Assembly (NCBI GenBank): GCA_965645245.1 | Contig: OZ287073.1 | Coordinates: forward strand, 1,674,001-1,738,000 | Length of the DNA: 64,000 nucleotides | Reading direction: 5' to 3' | DNA from: Massalongia carnosa | Taxonomy: Eukaryota | In this document: positions 1 through 13,183 of the stretch, one piece after another | Layout: every line of letters starts with the position of its first letter | Numbering within the stretch: position 1 is the stretch's first letter | Program-made: the position numbers and the translations under genes | The notes under the pieces: model-generated | Seen by the model: only the letters and a program-made list of their open reading frames with translations | The model's database searches: none | Told to the model about the DNA's origin: nothing

Positions 1-608
1 CTGTAATGCCTTGCACAAAGTTGCATGAAGGAATGTCTATGGAGCTGGACATGAACTTCGTCATGACCACTTACAAACTCGCATACAAAGGAACAGATCA
101 GGTTTTAGAGCTTAGTTTATCGGAACTGGGTCCACTTTATCTTAAACCTCCCGAGCCTGCCTGGCAGCTACTGACCTGCAAAAGAAGACGATCCATGGAA
201 TTCTTTAAGCTCCTCTGCTACACTGGCGGGGGGCTAGAGCCCTATACATATTCTTGTTGCCCTGTTGGGTGCCTTGTTCGATGGAGGAGCCCGTCACTCC
301 GGTATGTACTCTGTTTAATGGCATAATAGCAGGGGGTCAAGCCAAGGACGCTCGCGGTCTATCTCAATCCGATTAACCTTGAAGATATTTACTCTAAGTG
401 CTTGAGGTTTTGAAACGTTTGAAGACCCGTTTCCACGCAAGAAGAGCGTTGACACGTGAAGTGATGCAAGACTTGAGTATCGTCTGTTCTGCTTGATATC
501 ATTTATATTCGCAGATTCGGTATATAGTTAAGGCGGTGGAAGGACGTATGTATCATACCTAAGTCCATCAACATTACAATAATCATACAAGCACATCTCC
601 CATCCAAG

Positions 609-1488
609 ATGCTCCTCTTCAAATCCATTCTGTCTTTGTTCCTAGTTCAATATGCATTGGCTGCCTTAGCCCCTGGAGCACTATTATGACCCCCTGTTCT
701 AGCCAAACTTCCCATCGAACTCGCTTATTCCCCTGACGCGGCGATATCTAAAGCCATAAGCAGGTGAGTAACCCATACCACAGCCTCCAACCGAAAAGCC
801 AAGGCGACTTCTGACGTGGTAGACCAACAGATTCAAAGGATTGGTTCAGGTAGCCCATCCACAATCTGGAGCCGTAGCTAGGTGCGCCAGCCCAGCTTCC
901 ATAAAAGCTTCAACTGTCAGCTGATACCTAAAGCTGGTAGAATTAAACGCAACCTGTGGGCCCCACAACCTTAAATCCTCCCAAACGCGCTCCGCTCGAC
1001 CGTTGAATTCTAGGTCAATATCCCAGGAACTCATGTATGTCCGCGCTCGCATTTGCCCCAAACCCCCAAACCCCCAACCCCCGTTCCCTTTCGAAAATTA
1101 AACCTTTCTTCAAAAGTTTGCACCCCCTCCATCCATCAGACCATCGTTTAAAGCCGCGTCGGCCGCGCCATGGCCGCACACGTCCTTACGACCGGCCTCT
1201 TGTCCGTGTTCAACGTGTGCGAAGGCGTGATCCGCGAGCTGGGCGACGGCTGACTGCCCTCCGTCTCCAACCCAATCGCGCTCGACCTGGTTCCCGGCAT
1301 CGTCGTGCGCCTGCACTCGGGCCTGCTGCATCACCAGCACCTCATCTTCGGCAACATCGCCAACACCATGCGCAGCCTGTTCGACACCTTGGTCACCGGC
1401 GGGCGTCCCGTGCGAGGCTAGCTTCGAGATGTGGGAGGCGCCTTGGGGGCATGTGGGCTGTGGGGCTGTGGTTGCTGTGCCGGTTTAA
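609..1488 (+). pseudogene. Decayed small secreted protein gene (signal peptide MLLFKSILSLFLVQYALAA; C-terminal ...EASFEMWEAPWGHVGCGAV)
   Basis: Signal-peptide-like start at 609 with an early TGA. GC-rich coding-like frame at ~1170-1420 (MAAHVLTTGLLSVFNVCEGVIRELGDG*LPSVSNP...) has an in-frame TGA and a frameshift. GTATGT donor at 1035. Joining these pieces into one gene is inference. Confidence 0.35.
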
Positions 1489-1759
1489 TGTGGGGGGGGG
1501 GCTTCGACGGATGGATGGAGGCAGGAGGGAATGGGGACTATCAGCACAAGTTAGAAAGGTTGGTATTCACATGTACGAAAGTTGTTTGAACTTAGAGTTA
1601 AAGACCCCACTGCCAAGTGCGTTATCACTCAATCAATCGTGTCTACTCCTTCCGTTATACTATCTAGGTAGTGTCTATCCTATCGCGCTAGAGTATTTAC
1701 GTACTTAGCCCGACCTTTTCGCTTTTTCTCCTGTTCTTCCATGTAGGCACCTACCTACC

Positions 1760-2060
1760 TTATTTCCTGCCTATTTGTCTGTCTGTCTATCTATGGAACC
1801 CAGCAAGCCAGCCAGCCAGCAGGCAGGCTACGCTTAAGTCGCTTACGTCCTTTCACTCCACTCACGAGTCAGCCAGCCAGCCAGCCAGTAAGTCAGGATT
1901 CAGAGAAGGTAAAGCGGGTAGGTAGGTAGGTAGATATGTTTCGACTGGATTGAGTTGAGGTGATGTGATGTGATGTGCGTCGAAGATTCCATCCCTCAAC
2001 CACATGGAAGGTTTCAGGTATGTATAAGCTAGGCTGGGCTAGGCTGGGTAAGGATATAGG
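1760..2060. repeat. Cluster of short microsatellites (GCCA)n, (GGTA)n, (GTGAT)n, (TCTG)n
   Basis: Directly visible tandem 4-5-mers. Confidence 0.8.
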
Positions 2061-2711
2061 TATAGTGCTTTTATATATTACTTATAGTAAACAGGTACAT
2101 AGAATCAGGCTCGTTCAGGTAGTATTAATTCAGATCAAGCAAGTTGATAAATAGGGGAGGGATCGGTTCTCTAGGTTGTGTGTGTTTTGATGGGATGGGG
2201 TGTATTTGATGATTGTTGATTGAATGGATGGATGGATGGGTAGACGGAATGAGTGAAGGGAGTGTACGGACTGAGTGGAAAGAACCAGTGCAGAGAGTGG
2301 AAAGAGGAAATAAGTAAGTAAACAAAACCAAAAAAAAATATGGAGAGGGATGGATATTTTTCGTGGCTTATGTTTCTCAAAATTGCGACAAGTGAATTGA
2401 AGGAAGATAGCTTCGACTATCCTAATGCCAACCAAGCATGTTTGCTGTGCGGCTTGTGGATCGAGTTTTTCGGTTTTCGAGTTTGTCAAAGCATAGGAAT
2501 GGGAAAAGAAGCTGGGAACTATTTGGACAAGATCTTCCTGCCAACCGGCGTCTGCTGCCCGCCGCCTAAGTAATAGGACAATAATAGAAGATTAGAGAAA
2601 ATTCATTTCGCAGCATACCACATGGTGAGGATGCACACTTTGAAAATGTATGCTGGGATGTGAAAGAAGGTTGCAAACATGATGTCGTTTCACGCAGATG
2701 GGGCTGGCATG

Positions 2712-3524
2712 CTAATCATCTTCATTAGAGCTATAGCCTGCTAGACCTAAACCCATGGTAGATGGTTTCTCTCCAACTGGAGATTTTGCCGTATTGTTAT
2801 CCTCTCCAGGCTTGTCCTTCGCCGCCACGGACCGAGACACTCCGCCACCCGTCACTTTTGGCAGTGTTGCAGATGGTTCAGGCTCCTGATGCTTCTTAGC
2901 CATTGCTGGTGGTGGTTCATTCCCTGACGAAGATTTCCGCAGCTTCACTCCCTTGAGGGCTTCTTTATCTTTCGTTCGCTTCCTCTTCCTCGCATTGATT
3001 GCCCATTGAGACTCGCTTGATGGGAGACCACCGGAATTTCCCAAAGGATCTGTGTCTTCCGACTTGGTAGCTTCGCGGAGTAACGCCTTGTCGGCCTCCT
3101 CCTGTTGTCGGCGGAAGATTTCTAGCTGTTCCGCTGTCTCCTTCTTCACTGCTTTTTCTTTGGCGCGGGTAGACTCAAGCACGGAATCCAAGAACTCGAT
3201 TTCATCTTCGTCGAGATTTCGAAACTGGTTTTTCAAGCGTATGGATTCTTCAAACGCTTCCTGCTTCGTAGCTAGGGAAAGCGCAATGCACCTGACATGT
3301 CAGCAACGTCGTGAGGAAAATTACTATGGATGGAGATACTATGACGATCGATAGTCACCTTTATTCTGTTGCAGAACGTCGTAGAGCGTTTTGCCCTCGT
3401 CTTGCCTGCCTTCCTCGTCTTTCCTTATCCGGGTTGCCTCAATATCTTTTTGCGCCTGAATCCACTCATCATCCCGCGTAACTGGCTGATCAATCGTACC
3501 GCCAGGAACAAATCCAGAAGACAT
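2712..3524 (-). CDS. FAM192A/NIP30 (Fyv6/PSME3IP1)-like nuclear protein, 2 exons (3524-3359, 3271-2712)
   Basis: MSSGFVPGGT...KTLYDVLQQNK|ATKQEAFEESIRLKNQFRNLDEDEIEFLDSV matches the FAM192A/Fyv6 N-terminal signature; GT-AG intron restores frame; C-terminal GLAGYSSNEDD. Confidence 0.85.
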
Positions 3525-3909
3525 AATGGGCAACTAGCAGGTCCAAGAGTGGTGATAGAGATGCCTGCACGAAACAATGACCTAGTAGACAAGAGCTCCT
3601 AATGATGCCTAACATCCATGTTGGACTTGCAATACGTAGTAGCAGTTGGAGGGTGAATCGGGTCAGTTTAGTTGTTTAGAGTTGGGATATTGAGTTAATA
3701 TGGAGGGAAGCGAATAACTTCACTCAGCCTTATGATAAGGAAATGGCAACCCTAACCTAACCCCTAACGGGCATAGATTCAGTTGGACGAGTAAAGAGGT
3801 ATCATGCGCCTCATACTTATATGCCGTATGGACATGTTCTATTGTAGAAACTATACACGTGAACTTCCATCATCGCCCGCAAAGTCAAACCGGCCAGCAT
3901 CTGGCCAGC

Positions 3910-6900
3910 TTAAACGCCAAAATCTGCCCCCACGGCCTCCAAGAAAGTCTTTAGCGCTGTCGTAACTTCCCCATCCCTCTTCGATACCTCTGTCGCCCGA
4001 ACCACCATTCCGTACAGCCGATGCAGATGCTTCTTTCGCGTCGACGCAATCCCTGGCGCATCCGGAATGGCACCCGGCTCGGAATCCAATTCTATGAGCT
4101 TGCGTAATACATACAACAGTTCCCTCTTCTGGGACCAGGGCTGCGGCATTCGTCCTCGTAACGGCTGATCTAGTACGTATGCTTTTAGAGTGAGGCCTGC
4201 GCGAAGGATCAAATAGGGTGCTGCGGCTTGAGCGAGACGGAGCTGCGCAGGGGTGCTTTCGCGAACGCAGACGAGGTGGAAGAGTTCATCAAGAAGTAGG
4301 TAGCTCAGTTTGGCGCGTGGGGTTGAGGGCAAATCTTGAGTGCGGCCAATGTGAACGGATTGGAGACCTTGGAGGAGGTCTTGGCCTGGACGAGAGAGAT
4401 CGTCGGGATGCGGAGCGTGAACGATGGAGTTATGGAAAAGCGATGCGGTGTATGCGCGCCGTGTGACATCCGGGATGGAGGCTAGGCCGAGAAGAGGCGT
4501 AATCAGCTGCCGCACACGGGTGTAGGCAGATATATCGAAGTCTTGGTCCTTCGGAACGGTTGTGGGGGAAGCGTAGAATATGTGGGCTGCGGATATGATG
4601 CCGTTACCGATTTCTATGACGGAGTTCCAGAATCCCAAGTCATCGGGAACTTGTTCGAAAGCGGGGATTGATGTCTCTAGGATTGCAATCGCGGTGGTGG
4701 TCGCTTTCTTCCAAGGCGGAGGTTCCTTACCTTCTTTACGCCACACGTATTTGAGTTGTATGGGGATGACCAATGCGTCGATAGCTTGGGCCAATAGTTT
4801 GCAATCTCGAATCTGTCCGATGCGGATATGATCTGTGATGCACGATCGCAATAGATCCATTGCTGATTTTGAAAGGGCCACATACGTCTGCTCTTTCTCC
4901 CCGCGTTCTCCTTGATACGCCAGGACCACGAAGCCAGCGATTGCACGAATCAGTTCTGGCAAGGCACCCGGGATATCCGTTCGGATCAGCCTTAAACTCT
5001 CCAACGCATACCTTTGCACCGTCGTCATTTTGTCAATATCAGCGCTATAGGCTACAACGTCTGAATTGACTACGCAGGACCGCAGTCGTTCGATTATGGT
5101 CTTCACCTGGTCGAGCACCATCTCGCCGCCCATTAACCGGCACATTTGGTGGAGCCAATCCAGGTAGGCGGTAATTGATTCCTGATTGCCAACTTTTGCA
5201 AATGTGGTATCAGCATGAAAAACTGGAGTACTAGCTCTCCAGAGACCCCAAGCCTTTGCAAGGGAGGATTTGCCCAACCTGTCTATGTCTTCAATTTCGG
5301 TAAGTATCTTGGTCGTCCCAGCGAATACGGCTGTGCTGACATCAAGTACTTCTCGATCTAGGAGCCCCTGGTAGTATCCTATTAATTGGCTCCACATGTC
5401 TACAAAGTTCGAGCTGGCTATCAAGGTTTCTAGGTTCTGCGTTATGAGTTTGGATACACCTTTGATTATGATAACTGCTGTCTCGTTCCAGCCCACTCTA
5501 GTTTTTTCGATTAAATTGGATGGCTGCATCGCTTTGATAACTTCATAGTGCGTTCGGTCAGCATTTAATATCTCCATCAAGATGACTTTGTAAGACATGC
5601 GCCATGCGGGAGAGCTGAGATGGTCACCGCAAGAATCGAAGATGCTGAACAAAGTGTACAAGGCGCCTGGAACTGTGTTAGCACGATTCCTTGCCTAAAT
5701 TAGAGATCCTCACTATGTCTAACTTCAAGCCTGTCATCGTTCGCAATGCGCGTCAATCGAAGAAGTAGACATAGCCATAAGGCTGAAACAGATTTAGCAT
5801 AGCTCTGTGTTTGGACAATATGGATGAGTTCCGGTTCAGATTTGCACCGAACGGTGCTGGGGTCAAATTCCACGCAAGCACTCTGAAGCTGAAAAAAGTC
5901 TGACACGTTTCGAAAGAAGGTGATTGTCTACTAGGCGGTTATGACCCATATTGATATCCATTCCCTAGGGGCTTACTTACGGTAAGTGAGATGTTGAGGT
6001 CCTGCTGCTGAGACGAAAACGCAAACAAAGTGTCCAACAGGGTCAGGAGACAGGAGTGTGGAACCGAGCTGACGAAATCGGAGCAAATTAATTGCAGCGG
6101 ACCAAATGAGGAGCGAAGCAGCCTCGGCGATTTGGAGGCATATGCTGGCCTTCCGTTGGGAGAAATGTTGCCACTAGAGATTGATTTATCAAAAATACTC
6201 GTAATAATGGTAAACACCGTGTCCCAGCCAAGAACCAACGAATCTTCAGACTGTTCTAAGACCAATCTTAGTGTATCGATGAACAACTTATGTATCTCGA
6301 GATCACAACTTTGTACTGTCCTGCTATCCAACCTTTGCTTTTCGTACAGTGACTCGACGCCCCCAAGAAGTGCGACTAATCCTCTCTTTCTAACCTTGTC
6401 TTGCTCTTCAGATGGTAGATCCTCCTGAGAAGTTGTCACTGCCAAAACTAACTCATGAAGGACGCTTGCAGCTCTGACACGGACATCAGGATCAGAACTT
6501 TGTTGGCCGAGGGCATCGGTGAGGACTTCAACTAAAAGATCCCAGCCAGTCTCGACGGTATCTTGCCGCAAAAGTCGTGATGCGTTGTAGATGGCCGTTT
6601 CACTCAGTCTGGTGAGCACAAATAGATCGCCTCGAACAGCTAAAGGTCTAGCCAAGGAAAATCTTGGTACGCTGGATAATCTTTGATGCCTCCCCAACGA
6701 CAGCTGTGGCGAAAGCAAGTTATTAGTTGCTACTTCCAAAGACCCCAGTGAGCCCTTGGGGCCAAGCCGAAGGAGACCACAAAGGCACTCCAAAAAACTC
6801 AAAAAAGCCTGATCAGGTAAGTCACCGGTGCTCTCAAACATTCTTGTTGTAGCTGTCTTGACGGCAGTCACCTCTGAGCTAAATTCAACCACCCCAGTGG

Positions 6901-9321
6901 CATCTTCTGTTGCTATCTGACTACCCGAACCTTGTTTCGAGTGTCCAGAGACTTGCCGACGTCCAGATGAAGCGTGGGAAAGCACCAGATCTGCTTGCTG
7001 CAGAGTCTCAAGGATTATCAGCCAAGAGTTTTGCAAAACTGGGCCTAGAGCTATGCCTAGATTGAGCAAGGCTCTCAGACAAAGGAGATTACGTGTGCTC
7101 ATCATCATGCTACTAGAATCCGTGGATTGCCGTTTTCGTATAGAGGATGTCCCTGGTGAAGAACCTAGGTCACGGTCGCTTTCCGTTTGATTATCTGTTC
7201 TCTCCAATCCGTTACTGATGGGAGAGTTTCTTGCATTTGCCGCCACAAGCTGCGAGATACCAGCGGTTGGTAAAGAATGTTTGCCAAGTGTGGTGAGAAA
7301 CGCATCCCTAGGCGTTGACAGATCGAGGAGGCCAGCAACTTGGGTAAAGCGTTGGAATGAGCGAATTAATGCGTGATAATACTCAGAATCGAGGGTGGCG
7401 TTGAGAAAAGTTGAGCAGGCCGCCAGCAGCGCCGGCCAACAGTGTTCGACCATTTGACCTGACGTAGAGATTTGACCGTATGATGTATGGCTCTCTAGGC
7501 TAAGGGGATTAACTAGAAGCTTGCGATTCTTATAAGATTGGATTTTTGGGGCTTCTTTATGCGCATCTTCAGAGCCAGCTAAAGCCTCGCTGAGCTCTTC
7601 AGCTTTCTGAGCCCCGCGAGACTTTCGTTTGGCTTTCGTCTCGATAGGCATTGTAAATGGCAAAAGAAATTTAGCAAGGCCTTCGGAAAAGTTATTGACA
7701 CATGTCAGAGCAAGTCCATAGATGTATGATGCTGGTAAAGCAGGTGCTTCAGATTTATCGAGCTGTTCAATACAGGCAACCCTTATGGTACTCCCCCGAA
7801 TACTGATGCCTGGTTCATCAGGCTCCGCCAAGGCGACTGCAGCGCCAATGCTACCCATAAGGCCTTCCGCCTGAATCGCCGCTTGATCACCTAAACGATC
7901 CCCCGAAGTCGAGCTTGTTGCAGGGACTGTCGATTGATTACCGACTCCAATTACAGCTGGCTTTTCTGATGCGAGCCGGACCAAGGTTGCCAAATGATCC
8001 CTTATAATGTTTTTTTTGTCTTCCTGCTCATCAAAGTACGAATATATGGTTCTAACAAGCGAAGGGTCGTTATGTAGGTTTCGAAATACTTCCAGACACA
8101 ATGCCCGCTTCCACACTACTGCTGCATCAGGGTCAAGCATATGGTTGAGAAGGCTCATGACCATCTCACACTCGGATGTGAGAGATGGCAGCAAACGGGT
8201 CAGTATTAACTGAACGAGTCTCATCGCGCGGACTGTGGTGGGAAAAGCCACCCTCTCAGATAGGATTCTGATGATTAATGGCATTAATCGTGTTCGGCAG
8301 ATGTGAATTTGCTCTGGATGTGCTGCGAGCGTATTAGAATAGTTAGATAGGACAGATTCTAAGAGTTCCAAGCCAAAGTTTTCCGAAAGGCTTGCTGCAG
8401 AGAGAGTCAACGCTGGCTGTCCTTCTGTCAAACGACAGATGTCGTCCAGCAGCTAAATCATGTTAACTCTTCCTATCTACGCAGTACCTGGAATAGACGA
8501 ACCTGGTAGGCATCTAATGTATATTGGCCAACCGAGATAGTCTCTTCATCAGTTGGAACATCGGTGAACGGCCCATCATGTAAGGAATGTCCTGGAGCAT
8601 CTCAGATTTAGAAACTTATATGATATGAAGGGGGTTTACCGTCCTCTGATACAACCTTCTCGAACGTCGAGGCTACAAGCTGTTGTAGTGCCGCAGCAGC
8701 TGTATGCGCTATGACTGCAGTCTTGTTGTTATGGAGCAAAAAACAGAGCTGAAAGGCAGTGACCAGTAATTTTCCCGAGAGCTTGCTTGCGTAGTTCTGC
8801 AATAGGGAAGGAAGTGCTTGCAGTACTTTCAATTGGAGATCAAGGGCTGACCGGATTCAGCCTCGAGATGTTGGACTATCAAAGTATGAGGTACAAACCC
8901 AAGGACGAACATTCTTGAAGAGCCTCCAGAACGCCTTCCAAAGATTCATCTGGCAATCCTTTGGAGATAATGAGCCGCTGCAGACACACAATCCCGCTGC
9001 TGGCAAATTTGGGATTGCGGGTGCTGCAAGCAAGCAAGAATGGTCTCACAAAATTTGGTCGACATCTCAAATCTCTTTCAGAGTCAGCAGAGATTAGCAA
9101 ATCTCCAGAGACAGTTCAAGCCGAACCTATTGATAGCTGAGTTTCCGAAGTTTGAGGAAGGGACTTGAGATCATTCAATGAATGTTCAGCAGCCTAAAAG
9201 CTATCAGCAATGAGGAGATTAACCATATAGCTTTTGAACCAACAGTTCTGAGTTCTTGGTTTTTTCTCTTTGTCTCTTGGATCAACGATGATAGCTCTGA
9301 AACCAGCAACTGCGCAGTCAT
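3910..9321 (-). CDS. MON2: Mon2 (Arf-GEF-like endosomal/Golgi scaffold), multi-exon
   Basis: N-term MTAQLLVSELSSLIQETKRKN...AAEHSLNDLK, PFLLAC, LKVLQALP, WKRALCLEVFR, PRDAFLTTLGK, RNLLCLRALLNL, FGPLQLICSDF, QDLNISLT, DQPLRGRMPQP; ORF pieces joined by GT-AG introns. Confidence 0.93.
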
Positions 9322-9910
9322 GCTCGACACAGAAGACTGTAGCTTGCGTATTTTAAAGTATTAGTTCGATTAACTGAATCGAAATGTGCTTAACCATAGC
9401 AATGCACCGTCAATATTTAGATACATGAGAAGAGAAACTGAACTCGTAGTGGACATCTCATTGAATACGGAATTTTGCTGCCTACAAGATAAAGATATGG
9501 ATAACTGTACAAAGTACATTTGTAGGAATACGTCGTATAGATACATATACTCCAAAGAGGCAATAACAGTTGCGATTTAGTTGAATGTATATTACAAAGT
9601 ATTGACAACGGCTAGAGTAACAGGCTTGTATCACACAGTACACGGCGGGTAAAAGTAAATGGCTCTGCGTGTCCACGGGTATGTAGCCCCACCAACTCAT
9701 AGTGACTAAAGGTACCATTTATTTCAGGTACTATGTAATATATATTACCAAGAACAACTTCAGCCTTGCTTCTCGTTACCTCAATCTGCCATACAGGTCA
9801 TCCCCTGTTACGGCATTGCTCTGCCACGAAATTTGGGGGTTTGATGAACCTGTTAATTGTCACACGGAAACACACACGCTGATCGCCGGACTTTCAATCC
9901 TTATCCCATC

Positions 9911-10539
9911 ATGGCGGCAAAAGTACCGAGGAATTTCCGCCTGCTGGAAGAGCTTGAAAAAGGAGAAAAGGGTCTTGGTGCCGGTGGGTTCTTGTCCTAG
10001 CAATTGGTGGAATGAATGAAAGTAACGCTGAGCTTAGAGGCATGTTCCTATGGTCTTTCGGACGGAGATGACCTGATGATGTGGAACTGGAATGGAACGA
10101 TCCTCGGTCCGCCTCATGTAAGAGGGCTACACCTTACCTCCCATACATATCTTGCTAAATTATTTGGTTCCAGAGTGCCCATGAAAACCGTATTTACAGC
10201 CTGAACATACATTGTGGGGAACATTATCCGGATGTTCCTCCGACTGTACAGTTTGTATCCAAGATCAACCTGCCCTGCGTAGATCAGAAGACTGGCAAGG
10301 TAATTAGAAGATCATCTGTTACGATCACATGAGTGACTAGTTTTAGGTTGATCCTTCGAGGCTACCTTGTCTCTTTCAATGGAAGAGGGAGAATACCATG
10401 GAGACCATTCTGATTGAGTTGAGAAGGTAAGGAGCCATGGCATGGCATGTTACGGCACTAACCCCCATTACCTAGGTTCATGGCTTTACCTCAACATAAA
10501 AAGCTTGCGCAACCTGCCGAAGGAACAACCTTCTCCTGA
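9911..10539 (+). CDS. MMS2: Ubiquitin-conjugating enzyme variant Mms2, 5 exons
   Basis: MAAKVPRNFRLLEELEKGEKGLGA|EACSYGL...WNGTILGPPH|SAHENRIYSLNIHCGEHYPDVPP...FVSKINLPCVD; ends KLAQPAEGTTFS*. Confidence 0.95.
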
Positions 10540-10960
10540 ATCCCGAAATACATTCATCTTACGGATCATGATTAATGAGGAGAAGCGGGTTTCGTTGGTA
10601 GATTCATGGATGCATTTGCTAGCGGAATCAAGCACAATTCAAGGCTAGAGACTGGAAGTGTGGTCTAGACACTATCGGAGAGTTAAAGAAATATGTAGCA
10701 TCTTGTGTGTGACTTCCTAGATTGAATAGAGTTGCTGAAGATCAAGTACGATTATGCACGTGATCGTATCTTTCATTCTGTACAGTACTTAGTGATACTT
10801 TACAACTACACGTATTAAGTTAAAGTTACCACATACGGTATGTTTGTGGACGTAGAGGTATCTGTACTCCATATTCGAGATCATATCTATCCCCTCTGTC
10901 AGACTGCCTCTGAGAATCCTTCCTCCTTTAACTCTTCTCGAGGGGCTATTAGATCGATGA

Positions 10961-11959
10961 ATGCCGCCGCACCTGATTGCTCACAGGTCGGGAGTACACC
11001 GTGCAGCATGTAAGACGGAAATCCAGGCTCGGTTCGACCTAGAGTCAATTAATCACTCCTGTCAGGTCTTGCTCTTTTCCGTGCCTTGATCCGGGCGCAG
11101 AAACGGCCTCCTCTGGTTGAACATCAAGAACCTGCACTGTACTCAGCCGTGAAGACGACATTCAAGCGAAATACCAAGCTCGACTCCCCGAAGAAAATCG
11201 TTGCAGCACTAAATCTTGGATACGAGGTAAATATCCCCTAAATTTGCATGATTGAACAAACGAGAAGCGAAGCTGAAGGGATTGCTGCAGACGCTCAAGA
11301 CCCTACGGCATGTTGAGATCGAGCCAAGAAAACTGACGAGTATCCTCCATGACGTTGTCGTAACGAAATCCCTCACCCATGATTTCAACACATCAATCAG
11401 CGCCAAAGGACAACCCAAACCCAAAGCCCAGCCAAAGCCTCCACGCTCACCACCCCGTGTATGGCCACATCCGCAAAATATCCCTGTCCTCAGCCGACCA
11501 TTCTTTAACCTTACTGGTCGCCGCCAAGTTCCGAAGCTCGTTTCCGCCAACAAAATACCCTTCCTACGCCATACCAAACCTCAATCCCCGTTCTTAAGCC
11601 GCATCATCCGCAACAAGATCGACGTGCGCACAAAACGAGTTTACCGAAAGGCAAGTTTGACCGTGTTGGCTGAGTTAGGAAGGGAAGAGGATAGATGGGA
11701 GGATATATTGCACTCCGTTTGTAAGATACGAAGAGTTCCGAAGGAGAGTTCCTGGGCCGAGGAAAGCCAAAATGCGTGGGATCGTAATCAGGAGTTGCAT
11801 CTGATTGAGAAGACACGGATTTTGGAGGTGACACACAAGATGCAGGAGATTGTGGAGAAGGAGCAGGCGCTCGCGGATAAGGAAAGGATGAAGCGAAGGG
11901 ATGAAAAGCACAAGCTGAAGAAAATGAAGCGTGCGAGAGAAAAGGTCAGCGCTGACTAA
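10961..11959 (+). CDS. LYR-motif (Complex1_LYR-like) mitochondrial protein, 3 exons
   Basis: MPPHLIAHRSGVHRAA|CLALFRALIR..., then GRRQVPKLVSANKIPFLRHTKPQSPFLSRIIR and EEDRWE typical of this fungal LYR family. Confidence 0.7.
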
Positions 11960-12475
11960 ATCGTGATTCCAACTTTTGATGGCAAAACGGCGGCACGCTG
12001 AAAAGCTAGGGGCGGGAAAGGGGTGGATCGGAGAGGGCACTGTGCTGCCCATGCTAGTGCGCTACGGTATAGTGCGGTGTAGCGGGATGGTTTCCACAAC
12101 AATCACCTTAAGGGTGTTGGGGCGGTATTTAGGGGGGGGTTGGTTAAGCTTGTCGTAGAGAAAAGGCCTCCCGGGGGGGTTATGGGAGGGAGCTTGGGTA
12201 GATGGGCACGGAAGCTCCGATGAGGAGGGTCGTGGCAGAGAGAATAGCTCGCTCGGGGTGGAATATATGATGTATGGTAGGAACCCCCAATTCCTGCAGT
12301 CGCTCAATAAATCGCCGACGAATTTTAACTCTTCAGCGCGCTTCCGATGAGCGCTAGATACGTATCTTCCAAATCGACCTCCCTTCGTGATAAATTTCCT
12401 CGTCTTCGTTTCTTTTCCATTTTCTATTTCTCTATCTAAGCTAGAACCCCCAATTTCCCCAATCACGACGCTCTA

Positions 12476-13060
12476 ACCCCCGCCTCCCCCCCCCTTTTCC
12501 CCTGTGTGTTTTGTTTCTTCTTCTTCTTCTTCCCCCCATCTTCCTCCGCTACGACCCCCTTCCCTCCATTTGCGAGCGTACCCTCTTGCGTCAACGTGAT
12601 ATATAAAATGACGTTGTGCTGTTGGTGCAAGTGATGGTGATAGTGATGGTGGAGGTGGAGGTGGGAACGTCGCGGGCGCGACTTGACACTGGGAATGGGA
12701 CTGGGGGATGGGGGGGGGGTTTGTAAAGGGAAAGAGGTACGGATGAGGAGGGATGGATTGGAAGGATGGGAGGGGGGAAAGGGGGGAAAGGGGAGGAAGG
12801 CATAGACAAAAGTCCGTAGATTGGGGGGGAAATGAATGTGGAAGAAAAGAACAGGGAAGAAAGGGGGTGTAGGCTAGGATATGTAAAGTAAAAAGAAAGA
12901 CCAGACCAGACCAGACCATCCATATACATACAAACACCAGAATACCTAGCCAGAAGTGAGAGCCCCAGATGCAAACCCCTTCCCCCCTTCCCCCCTTCTT
13001 CCCCAAACCAATCTCATCCCTCAGCTAACCCCAAGGACCTATTGGATGTGAGAGGGGGAA
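12476..13060. repeat. Low-complexity G/C-homopolymer and purine-rich intergenic tract with (CCAGA)n and (TTC)n
   Basis: Visible poly-G/poly-C runs and short tandem repeats. Confidence 0.7.
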
Positions 13061-13183
13061 AGGAATCCGAGAAAACCAAACCAAATCATGCCCCTATCTC
13101 GCCATCCCATCCAAGCCCCGCAATCCAATGAACTCCCTCTCCTATCCCCTCTCTAAAAAAAAAACTACTAAATAAAACGGGCG

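Noticed and set aside
1037..1708. 223-aa ORF
   Set aside because: Arg/Pro-rich off-frame read of a GC-rich pseudogene; the coding-like frame is a different one
12062..13006. ORFs of 127-177 aa
   Set aside because: Low-complexity homopolymer-rich intergenic DNA between convergent genes; no motifs
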